Below are positions 9,753-20,810 of a stretch of DNA of 64,000 nucleotides, one piece after another (the first letter of the stretch is position 1; every line of letters starts with the position of its first letter). The notes beneath the pieces were generated by a model. That model did no database searches and was not told where the DNA came from. It saw nothing but the letters and a program-made list of their open reading frames with translations. Both the position numbers and the translations under genes were made by a program. Location of the stretch: contig CAWAOH010000010.1 of assembly GCA_963783645.1 (NCBI GenBank), forward strand, positions 102,013-166,012, in the 5' to 3' direction. The stretch is from Candidatus Bathyarchaeota archaeon (GTDB lineage: Archaea; Thermoproteota; Bathyarchaeia; 40CM-2-53-6).

Positions 9753-11234
9753 TTACACTAGATACTTCTCTTCCAAATACTTCACTAGATACTCTGGGTT
9801 GTATACGTCTCCAAGAACTTTCTTCTGCAAATCTTTAGGCGAGTATATTGATCCCCATTTGTGAATGTTCTCTCTTAACCACACTTTGATGGGGTCCATG
9901 TCTCCTCGTTTGATGACGTCCTGGACGTTCAGGTCACGTTTCATACGGTTGGTTACCATCCCCGCTATGACGTTGCCCAGTGAGTAAGTGGGGAAATAAC
10001 CTATCAGCCCTCCACTCCAATGGACATCTTGAAGAACACCTTCAGCTAGATTCTTTGGCCTTACGCCAACGTACTCCTCCATCATATCGTCCCAGATTGC
10101 TGGTATCTCAGAAACCTTTGCTTCTCCGCCAATGAGCTTCTTTTCAACTTCGTAACGGACGATTATGTGGAAATTATAAGTTACCTCATCTGCAGCTACT
10201 CGGATGAGACTCGGTCCTACAAGATTGAAGTACTTGTAAATGTCATCTTCCGAATACTGTGAGATGAATGTGAGGTTCTTCTTCAGGATAGGGTAGAGGA
10301 GGTTCGTGAACTCTCTGCTTCTTCCAACAAAGTTTTCCCAAAATCTTGACTGCGATTCATGGATGCCAAGTGAGGGTCCGCCTGCTAGGGGAGTATATTC
10401 CAACGAGTGGTCGACTTGGAGATCATATAATGCGTGACCGCATTCATGAATTACTGAGAAAATGGTTTCTCTGAAGCTTTTTCCTTCATACCTCGTAGTA
10501 ATGCGCACGTCGTCCAACGACATTCCAGCAGTGAACGGATGCGTCGAAACATCCATTCGGAAAGTTTTATCAGGCATTCCGAGAATTCGAAGAACCTCTT
10601 GGTTCACATTTTTCATAGCTTCTTCATCGTAAGCGACATCCTCGAGCTTGTGGCTGCTTGGGAAAGATCGTGAAGATATTATCTTGCCGAGTATTCTCTT
10701 CAAATTTGACACAAGTGGGGAGAACACTTTGTCAACGTCTTGGATCGTAAGGTCCTCTTCGAATAGATCCATCAATGCATTGTACGGATGACCCTCGTAA
10801 CCAAGTTTGTCTGCTTCTTTCCTCTTCAACTGCACTATTTTCTCAAGATAAGGTTCGAAAAGCGCAAAATCCGATTTCTTTCTCGCTTCCCTCCAAACAA
10901 CTGTCGCCTCGGTTGTCGTTCTCTGCAGTTCTTCGACAAGTTCGGGAGGAATCTTTGTGAAGTACTTCAATTCTCGTTTAATGTTCCTTATGACTCCCCT
11001 CTCGTAATCGCTAAGACCGTCCAGCTTCTCAGCTTTTGACACAGTTTCTGTCAGGTTTAGGACTTTTTGTTGCCGTATCAACGCAAGCTGCGCCTGAGCA
11101 AAACCCCTTGATTTGGCTGCATCAACAGGCATGTACGTCTCCAAATCCCACTCAAGTAGACCTCCAGCATGATTCAGAGCCCAAATCGGCTTGTAACTTT
11201 CAAGAACCTGATGGATTACCGGATTCTTGGACAT
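9753..11234 (-). CDS. Carboxypeptidase Taq-type metallopeptidase (family M32)
   Basis: 493-aa ORF with the HECGHALY zinc motif and the HESQSRFWEN motif characteristic of M32. Confidence 0.9.
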   Translation of the reverse strand: MSKNPVIHQVLESYKPIWALNHAGGLLEWDLETYMPVDAAKSRGFAQAQLALIRQQKVLNLTETVSKAEKLDGLSDYERGVIRNIKRELKYFTKIPPELVEELQRTTTEATVVWREARKKSDFALFEPYLEKIVQLKRKEADKLGYEGHPYNALMDLFEEDLTIQDVDKVFSPLVSNLKRILGKIISSRSFPSSHKLEDVAYDEEAMKNVNQEVLRILGMPDKTFRMDVSTHPFTAGMSLDDVRITTRYEGKSFRETIFSVIHECGHALYDLQVDHSLEYTPLAGGPSLGIHESQSRFWENFVGRSREFTNLLYPILKKNLTFISQYSEDDIYKYFNLVGPSLIRVAADEVTYNFHIIVRYEVEKKLIGGEAKVSEIPAIWDDMMEEYVGVRPKNLAEGVLQDVHWSGGLIGYFPTYSLGNVIAGMVTNRMKRDLNVQDVIKRGDMDPIKVWLRENIHKWGSIYSPKDLQKKVLGDVYNPEYLVKYLEEKYLV

Positions 11235-11642
11235 GCGTCGAAGGCAGGCTCGTTCGTATATAATTCATTTCCCATTCTAGTAGAGCTCGAAGAACGCAAG
11301 TATTAATCACGGTGAGGACAAGAACCGAGAGCATGCCACAAAAGAAGCGAGTGACACGAAGGACGCAGTCGACGGCTAAGCGAAAGAAGAAAGCTCGCCA
11401 GATTGAATCCGAGAGAACCGATAACCGGGCATTAATTGCAATTCTGACACTGCTATTCTTTTTGCATTTGATTGATGATAAAACATTTGCAAACGTAACC
11501 TCAACTTTGAATCCGCGGAAAAAGCGAAAAGCCGCGAAGAGCAGGCACCGTAGGAGAAAGTCATCGTACCGTCACTCTTGAGAAGAAAACGTACTTATTC
11601 AGAAAATGATCATACCCAAACCAACGTCAACAGTGAGAGCTT

Positions 11643-11807
11643 ATGAGTAGTGAGTTATGCAGATGTGGGAGCGGCAAGAGAGCTTCAGGCTACTGTATCG
11701 AATGCGGGATGAACTACTGCAGCGAATGCCAATTCACCCACATATACCAACCACAACCAATGAACACATCCGACTCAATAGCGGCCAACCTGGAGAAAGC
11801 GAAATAG
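11643..11807 (+). CDS. Small (54 aa) Cys-rich zinc-ribbon/B-box-like protein, hypothetical
   Basis: Hand-translated ATG ORF, not in the track: MSSELCRCGSGKRASGYCIECGMNYCSECQFTH... Confidence 0.3.
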   Translation: MSSELCRCGSGKRASGYCIECGMNYCSECQFTHIYQPQPMNTSDSIAANLEKAK

Positions 11808-11820
11808 AACGGCATTTTCG

Positions 11821-12204
11821 TTGTCAATTAAGCAATTCCTAATCTTCGACGGTGTATGCAACCTGTGTGTTGCCGCCGTGAAGTTACTCCATATGCTGGA
11901 TCGACATGCATTGTTCAGGTTTGTACCGTATCAGACCATTTCGGATCAAGAAAAATCCAGGTACAACTTCACTGCGGAGGGCCTGCAAGGACAAATGCAT
12001 CTCGTTCTAGCGGATGGTACGTTAGTTAGCGGAGCAACCGCGATTTCAAAGATTTGCACATCTCTTTCCCCAATTGGTTTCCTATGCCGAGTTTTCAGAA
12101 CAACCGGTTTTCAAGAACTGTACGCCTGGTTAGCAGGTAGAAGATACCGAATATTCGGGTGTAGGCAATCCTGCTACTTAATCAGGAAGAATCGAGATTT
12201 CTGA
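11821..12204 (+). CDS. DCC-family thiol-disulfide oxidoreductase (DUF393)
   Basis: 127-aa ORF with the N-terminal FDGVCNLC motif typical of DCC proteins. Confidence 0.7.
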   Translation: MSIKQFLIFDGVCNLCVAAVKLLHMLDRHALFRFVPYQTISDQEKSRYNFTAEGLQGQMHLVLADGTLVSGATAISKICTSLSPIGFLCRVFRTTGFQELYAWLAGRRYRIFGCRQSCYLIRKNRDF

Positions 12205-12207
12205 ATC

Positions 12208-13077
12208 TTAATCCGTTTTGATCATGATTTTGATTCCATCCGGGTCATGAAAGATCGTTTGATCCTCAGTTGTGCCTCCGAGTCTTGAATAAAGCTCTGC
12301 TGCGACTTTCGTGTCTGGGACGCGGATTGTGAAGTACTCCAATCCCGCACCTCCATCCTCGAAGGATGATCCTAACGAACTTTCCCAAGTGTTGATTCCG
12401 ACATGGTGATGATATCCGCCGGCGGATAGGAATGCCGCACTTTCCCAATAATTCATCAAATCCAAACCTAAGCGGTAATGGTAGAAGTCAGTTGATCGCC
12501 TGATCTCCGTTACTTTCAGATGCACATGACCGATGGCCGCTCTCTCATCAATAGCTTTCAGCTCATCGACTGGTCTTTCTTTCACTTCCAGCAAAAGCGA
12601 ATCAATATCGAGTGGATAGGTGCCCATTTGCGGTTTTCCGTCATCGTCGACTCTCCATTCGCTCCTCGGTCTATCCGCATAAATTTCAATTCCGTTCCCT
12701 TCTGAGTCGGTTAAGTAGAGTGCTTCGCTGACCAGGTGGTCCGCGTATCCATCAAATGCTAAACCAGAGTTTCCAAGTGCAAGGTACGCTTTCGCCAATT
12801 CTAACCTGCTTGGGAGGAGTATTGCGTAATGATAGAGACCTGCCGAGTTTCGTGGGGGAATGTTGGCCTCGGGATCGTTCTTGAGAACAATTAGGGTTTG
12901 AGAGAACTTGGTCGGTGCAAGTTCACTAATATTTCCGTGTTGTCGGACTACTCGTAAACCTAGATCTTCGGTATAGAACTTGATGGCTGAATCGAAGTCC
13001 CTAACTCGTAGGGCCACTGATCCTATCGTCATCTTCGGATCCATTGCAAAATCCGACTGGGACATCGTGGCGATCAC
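12208..13077 (-). CDS. Two-domain VOC (glyoxalase / extradiol dioxygenase) family protein
   Basis: 289-aa ORF with two tandem glyoxalase-like modules (VALRVRDFDSAIKFY... and HVHLKVTEIRRSTDFY...). Confidence 0.75.
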   Translation of the reverse strand: MIATMSQSDFAMDPKMTIGSVALRVRDFDSAIKFYTEDLGLRVVRQHGNISELAPTKFSQTLIVLKNDPEANIPPRNSAGLYHYAILLPSRLELAKAYLALGNSGLAFDGYADHLVSEALYLTDSEGNGIEIYADRPRSEWRVDDDGKPQMGTYPLDIDSLLLEVKERPVDELKAIDERAAIGHVHLKVTEIRRSTDFYHYRLGLDLMNYWESAAFLSAGGYHHHVGINTWESSLGSSFEDGGAGLEYFTIRVPDTKVAAELYSRLGGTTEDQTIFHDPDGIKIMIKTD

Positions 13078-13131
13078 TCCGTGAACAGCGAAACTCGTAC
13101 TTATGAGTTAAGGGCTCCGCTCGTCCGGCTG

Positions 13132-14322
13132 TTATGGCGTTGCTGCTTGCGAGGATGTTAACGCAATCTTCTTTGTTTTCTTAATCCCTGACATTTTCAG
13201 GATTGTTTGAAATCCCTTGTCCTCTTGCTTCAGTTCACGCAATTCTATGAAACCAGCACGAGAGGCTCCCGTGAGGATATCGAACCCGTTTTGCGTTCTT
13301 GCTATTACTGTGGAGTACCCCTCCGGGCAACCGACTCCACCTACGGAAATATCTGCATATTCAGCGGTAAAATCGTCGCAACGGTGACAACTTCCTCGCA
13401 CATATTGATTGATGTCTTTCAGAGGAACACGCAACACCTCAGTCTCTCCGCTGGTTGCGATGAATTGACCCTTCTTAATGCCAACCTTAGTTAACGTGGA
13501 TGGGTTAACCTCCTTGCTGATGAGATAATTCTCGATTAGGGCATCGTATCGATAGCTCTCCATACAGAACAATCCGATGGATAACGTCATTGCGTGTGCC
13601 AGCCGCCGGTTCCCCATAGGTGACGTTTGGATTCGCCTTACTGCTCGAATCTGGCATGGTGTGCCCACCAGCCCGACTTTTGACTTTCCATACTCGTCGA
13701 TTGCCGATCTGACACCTAGTAGTGTTGGGCTCGGAGTGTACTTGGTTCCTGCATTTCGCACTAGGTCATCGTATTTCGTCGCGACTTTCGGACGAGCGAC
13801 CCATTTCTCATCTCTTCCGGCGACTACGGCTGCTTCAATCAGCTTGTTTTCGAGGGCATAAGCTAGTAGAGCAGTTACAACACCTCCATCTTGTGCCCGA
13901 TTCTTGATATCAGAATTTGATGCGCGGCCAACGAATGCTTGACGGTAAATGCCGATTGGTTCATCTAGCTTTCTAATCCGCCCATGTAAGAAGGTTTCAA
14001 CGTCGTCGTTGGAGAACTCAACGTTCGGGCATTGATAGTAGCAGATTTCGCAGAGTGCACATGTGCCCACCATGGTTGGTTGTTCACCGACCGGCCATAG
14101 TATGTTCATAGGGCATGCTGCCATGCAAGCTCCGCAGAAGCTACACATATCCTGCCGAATGACTTGCGACATTAGATTGCCAAACAGACGCGGTTTTTCC
14201 AGCAACATTGACTGCTTCCTTGTGTTGCGGTTCGAAAAGCATAATGAAAATGGCTTGTGGTCGTTTTTCATCGATGGGATGCAGGCTGCGCAGCCGCGAT
14301 CACAACCGTGCGAAACCAGCAC
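13132..14322 (-). CDS. Coenzyme F420 hydrogenase/dehydrogenase beta-subunit family protein (FrhB/FpoF-like) with N-terminal 2x[4Fe-4S] domain
   Basis: 396-aa ORF with CSFCGACMAACP and CALCEICYYQCP ferredoxin motifs followed by an FrhB-like domain. The true start is probably the internal MLLEKPRLF near 14208. Confidence 0.75.
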   Translation of the reverse strand: MLVSHGCDRGCAACIPSMKNDHKPFSLCFSNRNTRKQSMLLEKPRLFGNLMSQVIRQDMCSFCGACMAACPMNILWPVGEQPTMVGTCALCEICYYQCPNVEFSNDDVETFLHGRIRKLDEPIGIYRQAFVGRASNSDIKNRAQDGGVVTALLAYALENKLIEAAVVAGRDEKWVARPKVATKYDDLVRNAGTKYTPSPTLLGVRSAIDEYGKSKVGLVGTPCQIRAVRRIQTSPMGNRRLAHAMTLSIGLFCMESYRYDALIENYLISKEVNPSTLTKVGIKKGQFIATSGETEVLRVPLKDINQYVRGSCHRCDDFTAEYADISVGGVGCPEGYSTVIARTQNGFDILTGASRAGFIELRELKQEDKGFQTILKMSGIKKTKKIALTSSQAATP

Positions 14323-14882
14323 ATCATATCATAGTAGGTTGGCACCTGATAGGAGAGCAATGGGCTTCCATTTTCACATGCCAATATAGCGATCTGCCAG
14401 AGACTATCAGGCTTTGCGTCCTCGAAGAATTTCGATTTCAGACGAAGAACTGAGTTCAAATGGTTTTCTTCTATCCATGAGAATAATCCGGTCGTATTGT
14501 GTAGCCGCTCTGTTTAAGCCGTATGAACCAGATTTCCTATGCGCGTGTGCTTGATCTGCACTTGCAATGAAAATAAGTCTCTTCGATCTTTCTCTTCTCC
14601 CGAGGGGTTCTACACGAGATTTCAGGCGGATGCCTGTGTCTGAGAACGATTACGCAATTTGACGAATTGCTTTGAAGATCCATTTAGAAGGATACTGTAA
14701 CGATGCCTCGGAATTGACGTGCAGATGGCAATGGCTCCAGACATATCCGCTCAAACGTCAAGTTCCAAGGAAGTCTATAGAGAAGGAATTTCTCGATACT
14801 GTAATGAGAATATGGATATTCCGTCGCTTCTATATTCCATCTTCGTTAAGACACGGAACGCAATATGCTGAGATGACACTCG

Positions 14883-16103
14883 ATGCCCAACAAGAAAGTG
14901 CAGGTGAAAGGTACTGTCGTAGAGCTTGACGGAGATGAGATGACCCGTGTCATGTGGAATATGGTGAAAGAGAAGCTCCTTCTTCCATACCTCGACATGA
15001 ATATCGACTATTTTGATCTCGGATTGCCGAATAGAGACAAGACCGATGATAAGGTAACCCTCGAGGCGGCTGAAGCCATTAAGGAGTATGGGGTCGGCGT
15101 GAAATGCGCAACAATAACGCCAAACAAGGACAGAATAAAGGAGTATGATCTCAAGAAGGAGTGGCCGAGTCCGAATGGGACCCTCAGGGCCGCACTCGAC
15201 GGCACGATATTTCGTAGTCCGATCTTGGTCAGCAATATTTCGCCTACTGTTAAGGTTTGGAAGAAGCCGATTCACATTGGAAGACACGCATACGGAGACG
15301 TATACAAGAATCAGGAGATTCGGGTTCAAGGTCCTGGCAAGGGCGAGTTAGTGTTCTCTCCCGCAGACGGGGGCCCGCCTGTCAGATGTCTCGTACACGA
15401 ATTCAAAGGTCCAGGTATTCTCCAGGGAATTCACAATACTGACGATTCAATTCGCAAGTTTGCCAAAGCTTGCTTCACCTACGCCTTAGATCGAAAAGTG
15501 GATCTCTGGTTCTCTGACAAAGATACAATCTCAAAAATCTACGATAGTCGGTTTACCCAAATCTTCAAAGAAGAATACGAGAATTGGAAGACTGCGTTCG
15601 AGCAGGTTCACATCACCTATTTCTTCACTCTCATTGACGACGCCGTTGCAAGACTCATGCGATCAGACGGAGGGATTCTATGGGCTTGCAAGAACTACGA
15701 CGGAGACGTCATGTCCGATATGTTAGCGTCAGCCTACGGCAGCCTAGCAATGATGTCTTCAGTTCTAGTCTCTCCATCCGGACAATTTGAATATGAAGCA
15801 GCACACGGCACCGTTCAGAAACACTACTACAAACACTTGAAAGGTGAAAAAACGTCGAGTAACCCGATGGCTCTTATTTTCGCTTGGACTGGAGCATTAA
15901 GAAAACGGGGAGAATTTGACAAGACACCTGACGTCATCGATTTCGCTGACAAACTCGAAACATCCGCGTTGGAAACTGTAGAATCTGGCATCATGACAGG
16001 AGATCTGCTGAAGGTAGCAGTCCCCAGCCCGAACAACAGGATGGTGTATACTGAGGAGTTTGTGGACGCGATAGCAGAGAAGCTCAGGAGCAAGATCGGT
16101 TAA
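14883..16103 (+). CDS. icd: NADP-isocitrate dehydrogenase, subfamily II (eukaryote-like homodimeric type)
   Basis: 406-aa ORF. The N-terminal region aligns by eye with cytosolic IDH1 (VVELDGDEMTRVMW, GVGVKCATITP, WPSPNGTLR). Confidence 0.95.
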   Translation: MPNKKVQVKGTVVELDGDEMTRVMWNMVKEKLLLPYLDMNIDYFDLGLPNRDKTDDKVTLEAAEAIKEYGVGVKCATITPNKDRIKEYDLKKEWPSPNGTLRAALDGTIFRSPILVSNISPTVKVWKKPIHIGRHAYGDVYKNQEIRVQGPGKGELVFSPADGGPPVRCLVHEFKGPGILQGIHNTDDSIRKFAKACFTYALDRKVDLWFSDKDTISKIYDSRFTQIFKEEYENWKTAFEQVHITYFFTLIDDAVARLMRSDGGILWACKNYDGDVMSDMLASAYGSLAMMSSVLVSPSGQFEYEAAHGTVQKHYYKHLKGEKTSSNPMALIFAWTGALRKRGEFDKTPDVIDFADKLETSALETVESGIMTGDLLKVAVPSPNNRMVYTEEFVDAIAEKLRSKIG

Positions 16104-16116
16104 GGTGATTTGAATT

Positions 16117-17421
16117 ATGGCCCATAGGGCGATACGTGAAGCCGACGGAAAGCGAATGATAGCGCGTCTGCTAAAAGACTACACACCCAGGAAATGCAAT
16201 GTCAAAGACCAATTCATTTCCGTAGGCCCTGATACGGATCTCAAAACGTTACCCGAACAATATCCATGGCTCACCGAGAAGAAACTCGTCGTAAAACCTG
16301 ATCAGGGATTTAAGAGAAGAGGCAAGAGCAATCTCATCCTTCTCGACTCTACCTGGCCAAATGCGAAAAAATGGATTCAAGAACGTCTCGGCAAACCAAT
16401 AGCCGTAGGCAACGTTACCGGCGTGTTAACAGACTTCATTGTGGAACCCTTTGTTCCCCATTCGGCTGACGACGAATACTATCTGGCTATCACGTCATCT
16501 AGAGACGAAGACCAGATAATGTTCTACCACAAGGGGGGAATCGATATTGGCGATATCGATCAGAAAGCCTCAACATTAGATGTGCCAGTAGGCGAAACTC
16601 CATCTAGACAAGAGATCGACTCGAAGCTCTTATCCCAAATTCCGAAAGAACGGAAACCCTTCATGTCTTGCTTCATCGAAGGAATGTACAAGTTCTACGC
16701 AGACCTGAACTTCACATACCTCGAAATCAATCCCTTCGTACCAATGTGCGAACATCTAGCATCCTGTACTGGAGACTGTTGCGCATTCCCATTGGACATG
16801 GCAGCTGAACTGGATGACACAGCTGAGGTCGAGAGCGGTCGCAAATGGGGACCGATCGAGTTTCCACCACCCTTCGGGAGAACTCTGACAAAGGAAGAGG
16901 CGTACGTCGAAGACCTTGACTCGAAGACTGGCGCTTCACTGAAACTAACCGTCCTCAACCCTGAAGGAAGAATATGGACATTAGTTGCAGGCGGAGGGGC
17001 GTCTGTAATCTATGCCGATACAATTACTGACTTAGGTTTCATGGACGAGATGGCAAACTATGGGGAATACTCTGGAGATCCTAACGAGGAATTCACTTAC
17101 CTATACGCAAAAACCGTCATCGATCTCATGAGTAGGAAGAAAAACCCACGAGGGAATGTCCTGTTGATAGGCGGAGGGATCGCCAATTTCACCGACGTAG
17201 CCCAGACATTCAGAGGAATAGTCCGTGCACTTCGGGAATACAAGGAGCAACTGAGAGAAAACCAGGTAAAGATCTACGTCCGTAGAGGCGGACCAAACTA
17301 CAAGGAGGGATTGAAGACCATGAGAGAGTTAGGAAGCGAACTAGGCGTTCCGATTGAAGTCTATGGACCAGAGACTCACATGACAAAAATCGTCACGATG
17401 GCAGTTAAGGAGATAGAATAG
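16117..17421 (+). CDS. aclB: ATP-citrate lyase small subunit (ATP-grasp part)
   Basis: 434-aa ORF starting 13 nt after icd. Corresponds to the N-terminal part of eukaryotic ACLY and to bacterial AclB ([20 protein letters not shown]). Confidence 0.9.
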   Translation: MAHRAIREADGKRMIARLLKDYTPRKCNVKDQFISVGPDTDLKTLPEQYPWLTEKKLVVKPDQGFKRRGKSNLILLDSTWPNAKKWIQERLGKPIAVGNVTGVLTDFIVEPFVPHSADDEYYLAITSSRDEDQIMFYHKGGIDIGDIDQKASTLDVPVGETPSRQEIDSKLLSQIPKERKPFMSCFIEGMYKFYADLNFTYLEINPFVPMCEHLASCTGDCCAFPLDMAAELDDTAEVESGRKWGPIEFPPPFGRTLTKEEAYVEDLDSKTGASLKLTVLNPEGRIWTLVAGGGASVIYADTITDLGFMDEMANYGEYSGDPNEEFTYLYAKTVIDLMSRKKNPRGNVLLIGGGIANFTDVAQTFRGIVRALREYKEQLRENQVKIYVRRGGPNYKEGLKTMRELGSELGVPIEVYGPETHMTKIVTMAVKEIE

Positions 17422-17422
17422 A

Positions 17423-19288
17423 ATGGTAGACACAGTGACTGTAGAAATGAAACCACCGACGAAGAAATCCGACTACATTCTCTTCGACAAGAATACTCAA
17501 GCATTCATTTACAATATGCAAGTGAACGCTGTACAGAGGATGCTTGATTTCGACTATGTAGCGCGCAGAGAAAAGCCATCGGTCGCTGCCCTGATCGATC
17601 CAACAGGAGCTGATGGTTTCCAGAAGTTCTTCTTCGGCGCCAAAGAAGTCCTGATCCCAATTTACAAATCCGTCAAAACTGCGGCCGCAAAGCATCCCAA
17701 CGTCGATGTCCTAATCAATTTCGCCTCGTTCAGATCTGCGGCACAGTCGACTGATGAAGCTCTCATGATTTCCACGTTGAGAACCTATGTGATCATTGCT
17801 GAAGGCGTCCCCGAACGAAGAATGAGAGTGCTTGCGATCAAAGCAAAGAAAATGAACAAAATCATCATCGGCCCTGCAACGGTAGGCGGCATCGCACCAG
17901 GTGCCTTCAAGATCGGGAACACTGGCGGAACAATTGAGAATATCGTCGAATCAAAGTTACATCGGCCGGGGTCTGTCGGTTTCGTCTCAAAATCAGGCGG
18001 TCTAAGCAACGAAGCCTACAATATCATCGCACGAAACACTGATGGTGTCTACGAAGGTATTGCAATTGGTGGGGACACTTACCCAGGGACCACTCTGCTC
18101 GAGCACCTCTTGAGATTCGAAAAGAATCCTGAGATCAAAATGCTGATCTGCCTAGGCGAGGTTGGCGGAACAGATGAATATCAAATAGTTAGCGCTTTGA
18201 AAAAGAAACAGATCACAAAACCATTAGTGATCTGGGTAACAGGCACATCTGCAAAAGCCTTCAAGACTGATGTCCAGTTCGGCCACGCAGGGGCTAGGGC
18301 CAAATCAGAAACCGAAAGTGCTTACGCAAAGAATTCTGCTCTAAGAGAAGCAGGAGCAGTCGTGCCGTACTCCTTCGACGACTACGCCGAAGCCATCAAC
18401 AGAGTGTACAAGAACCTAGTTGACAAAGGAATAATCGTGCCACGACCAGAACCCGCTGTACCGACTATGCCAATGGATTACGCTACCGCAGTTAAGAAGG
18501 GGCTCGTAAGGAAATCAACGAATTTCGTTTCCACAATATCTGATGACCGAGGCGAGGAACTGCTCTACGGAAATATGACGATCTCTGACGTGTTTGCGAA
18601 GGACATAGGTATCGGCGGTGTACTGTCAGTTCTCTGGTTCAAGAAGCTACTGCCCAAATATGCCACAAGATTCATTGAAATGACGATTATGGTAACTGCA
18701 GATCATGGCCCAGCCGTCTCTGGAGCCCACAACACTATAGTTGCAGCAAGAGCCGGCAAAGATCTCATCTCATCAATTGTTTCAGGAATGTTAACTATCG
18801 GGCCGAGATTTGGCGGTGCACTCGACGGCGCTGCCCAACAGTTCTCCCAAGCACTGACCAGGGGACTGACGCCTCAACAATTCGTGGACGATATGAAATC
18901 GCGAGGCGTCCTCATCCAGGGTATTGGACACAGGATCAAATCAATTCATAATCCGGACATGCGGGTCACGATCATTAAGGAGTACGCGAAATCGCACTTC
19001 AAAACTACGCCATTACTGGACTATGCGCTCGAAGTTGAGAAGATTACGACCGCAAAACGCGACAACCTAATCCTTAACGTAGACGGTTGCATCGGAATCT
19101 GCTTTGCAGACCTATTGAGAGCGGAATTCGGAAAGGAGCTTGCGGGCGAATACATCAACATGGGAGCAATCAACGGTCTATTCGTTCTTGGCAGAAGCAT
19201 TGGCTTGATGGGACATTACTTGGATCAGAACAGGCTCAAGCAACCATTGTACAGGCATCCTTGGGATGACATAGCATACATGAAGTGA
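17423..19288 (+). CDS. aclA: ATP-citrate lyase large subunit (CoA-binding, phospho-His and citrate-synthase-like domains)
   Basis: 621-aa ORF starting 1 nt after aclB. Carries the catalytic-His motif QFGHAGA and the C-terminal citrate-synthase-like [14 protein letters not shown]. Confidence 0.9.
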   Translation: MVDTVTVEMKPPTKKSDYILFDKNTQAFIYNMQVNAVQRMLDFDYVARREKPSVAALIDPTGADGFQKFFFGAKEVLIPIYKSVKTAAAKHPNVDVLINFASFRSAAQSTDEALMISTLRTYVIIAEGVPERRMRVLAIKAKKMNKIIIGPATVGGIAPGAFKIGNTGGTIENIVESKLHRPGSVGFVSKSGGLSNEAYNIIARNTDGVYEGIAIGGDTYPGTTLLEHLLRFEKNPEIKMLICLGEVGGTDEYQIVSALKKKQITKPLVIWVTGTSAKAFKTDVQFGHAGARAKSETESAYAKNSALREAGAVVPYSFDDYAEAINRVYKNLVDKGIIVPRPEPAVPTMPMDYATAVKKGLVRKSTNFVSTISDDRGEELLYGNMTISDVFAKDIGIGGVLSVLWFKKLLPKYATRFIEMTIMVTADHGPAVSGAHNTIVAARAGKDLISSIVSGMLTIGPRFGGALDGAAQQFSQALTRGLTPQQFVDDMKSRGVLIQGIGHRIKSIHNPDMRVTIIKEYAKSHFKTTPLLDYALEVEKITTAKRDNLILNVDGCIGICFADLLRAEFGKELAGEYINMGAINGLFVLGRSIGLMGHYLDQNRLKQPLYRHPWDDIAYMK

Positions 19289-19329
19289 ACTGATCGACGA
19301 TCTCATAATCATGAAGGAGGTGAAGTGGA

Positions 19330-19458
19330 ATGACCTTTGGAAGATGTGCGGAATGCCGTGATGCATACGGCAACGACTGTACAGTCTGCACAATCTGTGG
19401 TTCGCCTCCAGGCGACTCGTGTACTCACTGCCCACCCTCACTAACTTTAGGTGGTTAA
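19330..19458 (+). CDS. Very small (42 aa) Cys-rich ORF, hypothetical
   Basis: Hand-translated: MTFGRCAECRDAYGNDCTVCTICGSPPGDSCTHCPP... It has eight Cys in CxxC spacing and lies in the aclA/kor gap. Confidence 0.2.
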   Translation: MTFGRCAECRDAYGNDCTVCTICGSPPGDSCTHCPPSLTLGG

Positions 19459-19502
19459 GCTGCATCTAAGACAAATGCAAGCTCAGCATCAGAACTTGGA
19501 AA

Positions 19503-20810
19503 CTACCTAGTTTCATGCGCAGTGGCGGTTCTGTCGAGAGCTTTGAGGCTCTCGCTAGCTATTTGTGGTCTTTGAGTTCGACGAATGGCCTCTTTGAGTG
19601 CCTCTTGTGAGATGAAGTTCGTTTGTCTCAGCATTTCTGCGACCGCTACCAGCGCAATCTCTTTCCGAGGCACTTTGAGGTCGAGTGGGAAAACCTGTGC
19701 CTTTGTTCGTATTGGAAGTAGTTCCTTCCGTGCATAAAGCACACTGGCATCTGTCAGACTTTCAAGCTGATTCTTGCAAGCTTCTATGCCTTCAGGAGCT
19801 AATGCTAGAAGGACCTCCGGCTTGTCGATACCAGTGTAAAATATCTCCGTAGGACTCAGAATTATCTCTGAGACAGAATGACCTGTCATCACGGTTACTG
19901 GATAATCATCTCTCTTAGTGGCCCAGAGGTTCGATAGAACTGCTGCTGTCCCTAATATCGATCCGGTTGATGCAATTTTCTGTCCGGCGGCTCCTGCAAG
20001 GATGATGCGCAGTGTTCGGCTGAGACTTGATTTGAAGAGAACGTTCAGCGCGTCATGCTTTGTAGCAGGCGTCGCTTTGGTGATCAGTCCTCGGTAGGCG
20101 CTGCTGTATTCGGCTCTTGGCTCTTGATGGAGTATGCCTTTTCGGAAGCCGTACTTGGATATCGATTCCTCCAGCTGTGCTCGGTTGAATTTGTTGTTGG
20201 GAACGAAGTAAGCTGCACATAGTTCCCAGATGTCGAGAAGAGAGAAACCATCGTTCAGAATTGCCTGTTCGATAAGCTGAGGTATTGAGCTATCGAATGT
20301 TGTAGTACGACCAACGAAGGTGGCACCGTTAATGGCGACCATTCCAGCAATGTCTAGTGGGCGCTCTAGGTTGCCGAAACGCGTAGTAGATGTGATACCG
20401 CCGTGAGGAGTAGTAACCGAATGTTGACCACCAGTCATTCCGTAATTGAAGTTATTCAGAACCAGTACTGTGAGGCCGATGTTTCGGCGGGCTGCGTTTA
20501 TCAGGTGATGACCTCCGATTCCGCATCCTCCATCACCCATGATGACAATGATTTTCAGGTCGGGGTTAGCTAATTTCAGACCAGTGCCATAGGTAATCGC
20601 GCGGCCGTGCAGGCCGTGGAACGCATTCGTGTTGAAATATTGGTCGGAGAGACCTGAGCAGCCGATGTCTGTGACGATTACCACCTTGTGCGGATCAAGT
20701 TGTAGTTTGACCAACGTGGCGTTAAGGTGGTCCATTACTGTGGAGTGACTGCAACCTGGGCAGAATGGATAAGGTTGTGAGTTGCGATAGGAGACATATT
20801 GTTCGGTCAT
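19503..20810 (-). CDS. 2-oxoacid:ferredoxin oxidoreductase, TPP-binding beta subunit fused to a gamma-like domain
   Basis: 435-aa ORF. The N-terminal 250 aa is a KorB/PorB-type TPP domain (CPGCSHS, GDGG). The C-terminal 180 aa resembles the gamma catalytic domain (RIILAGAAGQKIASTG). Confidence 0.8.
   Translation of the reverse strand: MTEQYVSYRNSQPYPFCPGCSHSTVMDHLNATLVKLQLDPHKVVIVTDIGCSGLSDQYFNTNAFHGLHGRAITYGTGLKLANPDLKIIVIMGDGGCGIGGHHLINAARRNIGLTVLVLNNFNYGMTGGQHSVTTPHGGITSTTRFGNLERPLDIAGMVAINGATFVGRTTTFDSSIPQLIEQAILNDGFSLLDIWELCAAYFVPNNKFNRAQLEESISKYGFRKGILHQEPRAEYSSAYRGLITKATPATKHDALNVLFKSSLSRTLRIILAGAAGQKIASTGSILGTAAVLSNLWATKRDDYPVTVMTGHSVSEIILSPTEIFYTGIDKPEVLLALAPEGIEACKNQLESLTDASVLYARKELLPIRTKAQVFPLDLKVPRKEIALVAVAEMLRQTNFISQEALKEAIRRTQRPQIASESLKALDRTATAHETR

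Noticed and set aside
14323-14882. A 560-bp gap upstream of icd, with fragments such as LWQIAILACENGSPLLSYQVPTYYDMM on the minus strand, as another gene relic.
   Set aside because: The readable pieces are short, match no family I recognise, and overlap the doubtful N-terminal extension of the FrhB-like ORF. The evidence is not sufficient for a call.
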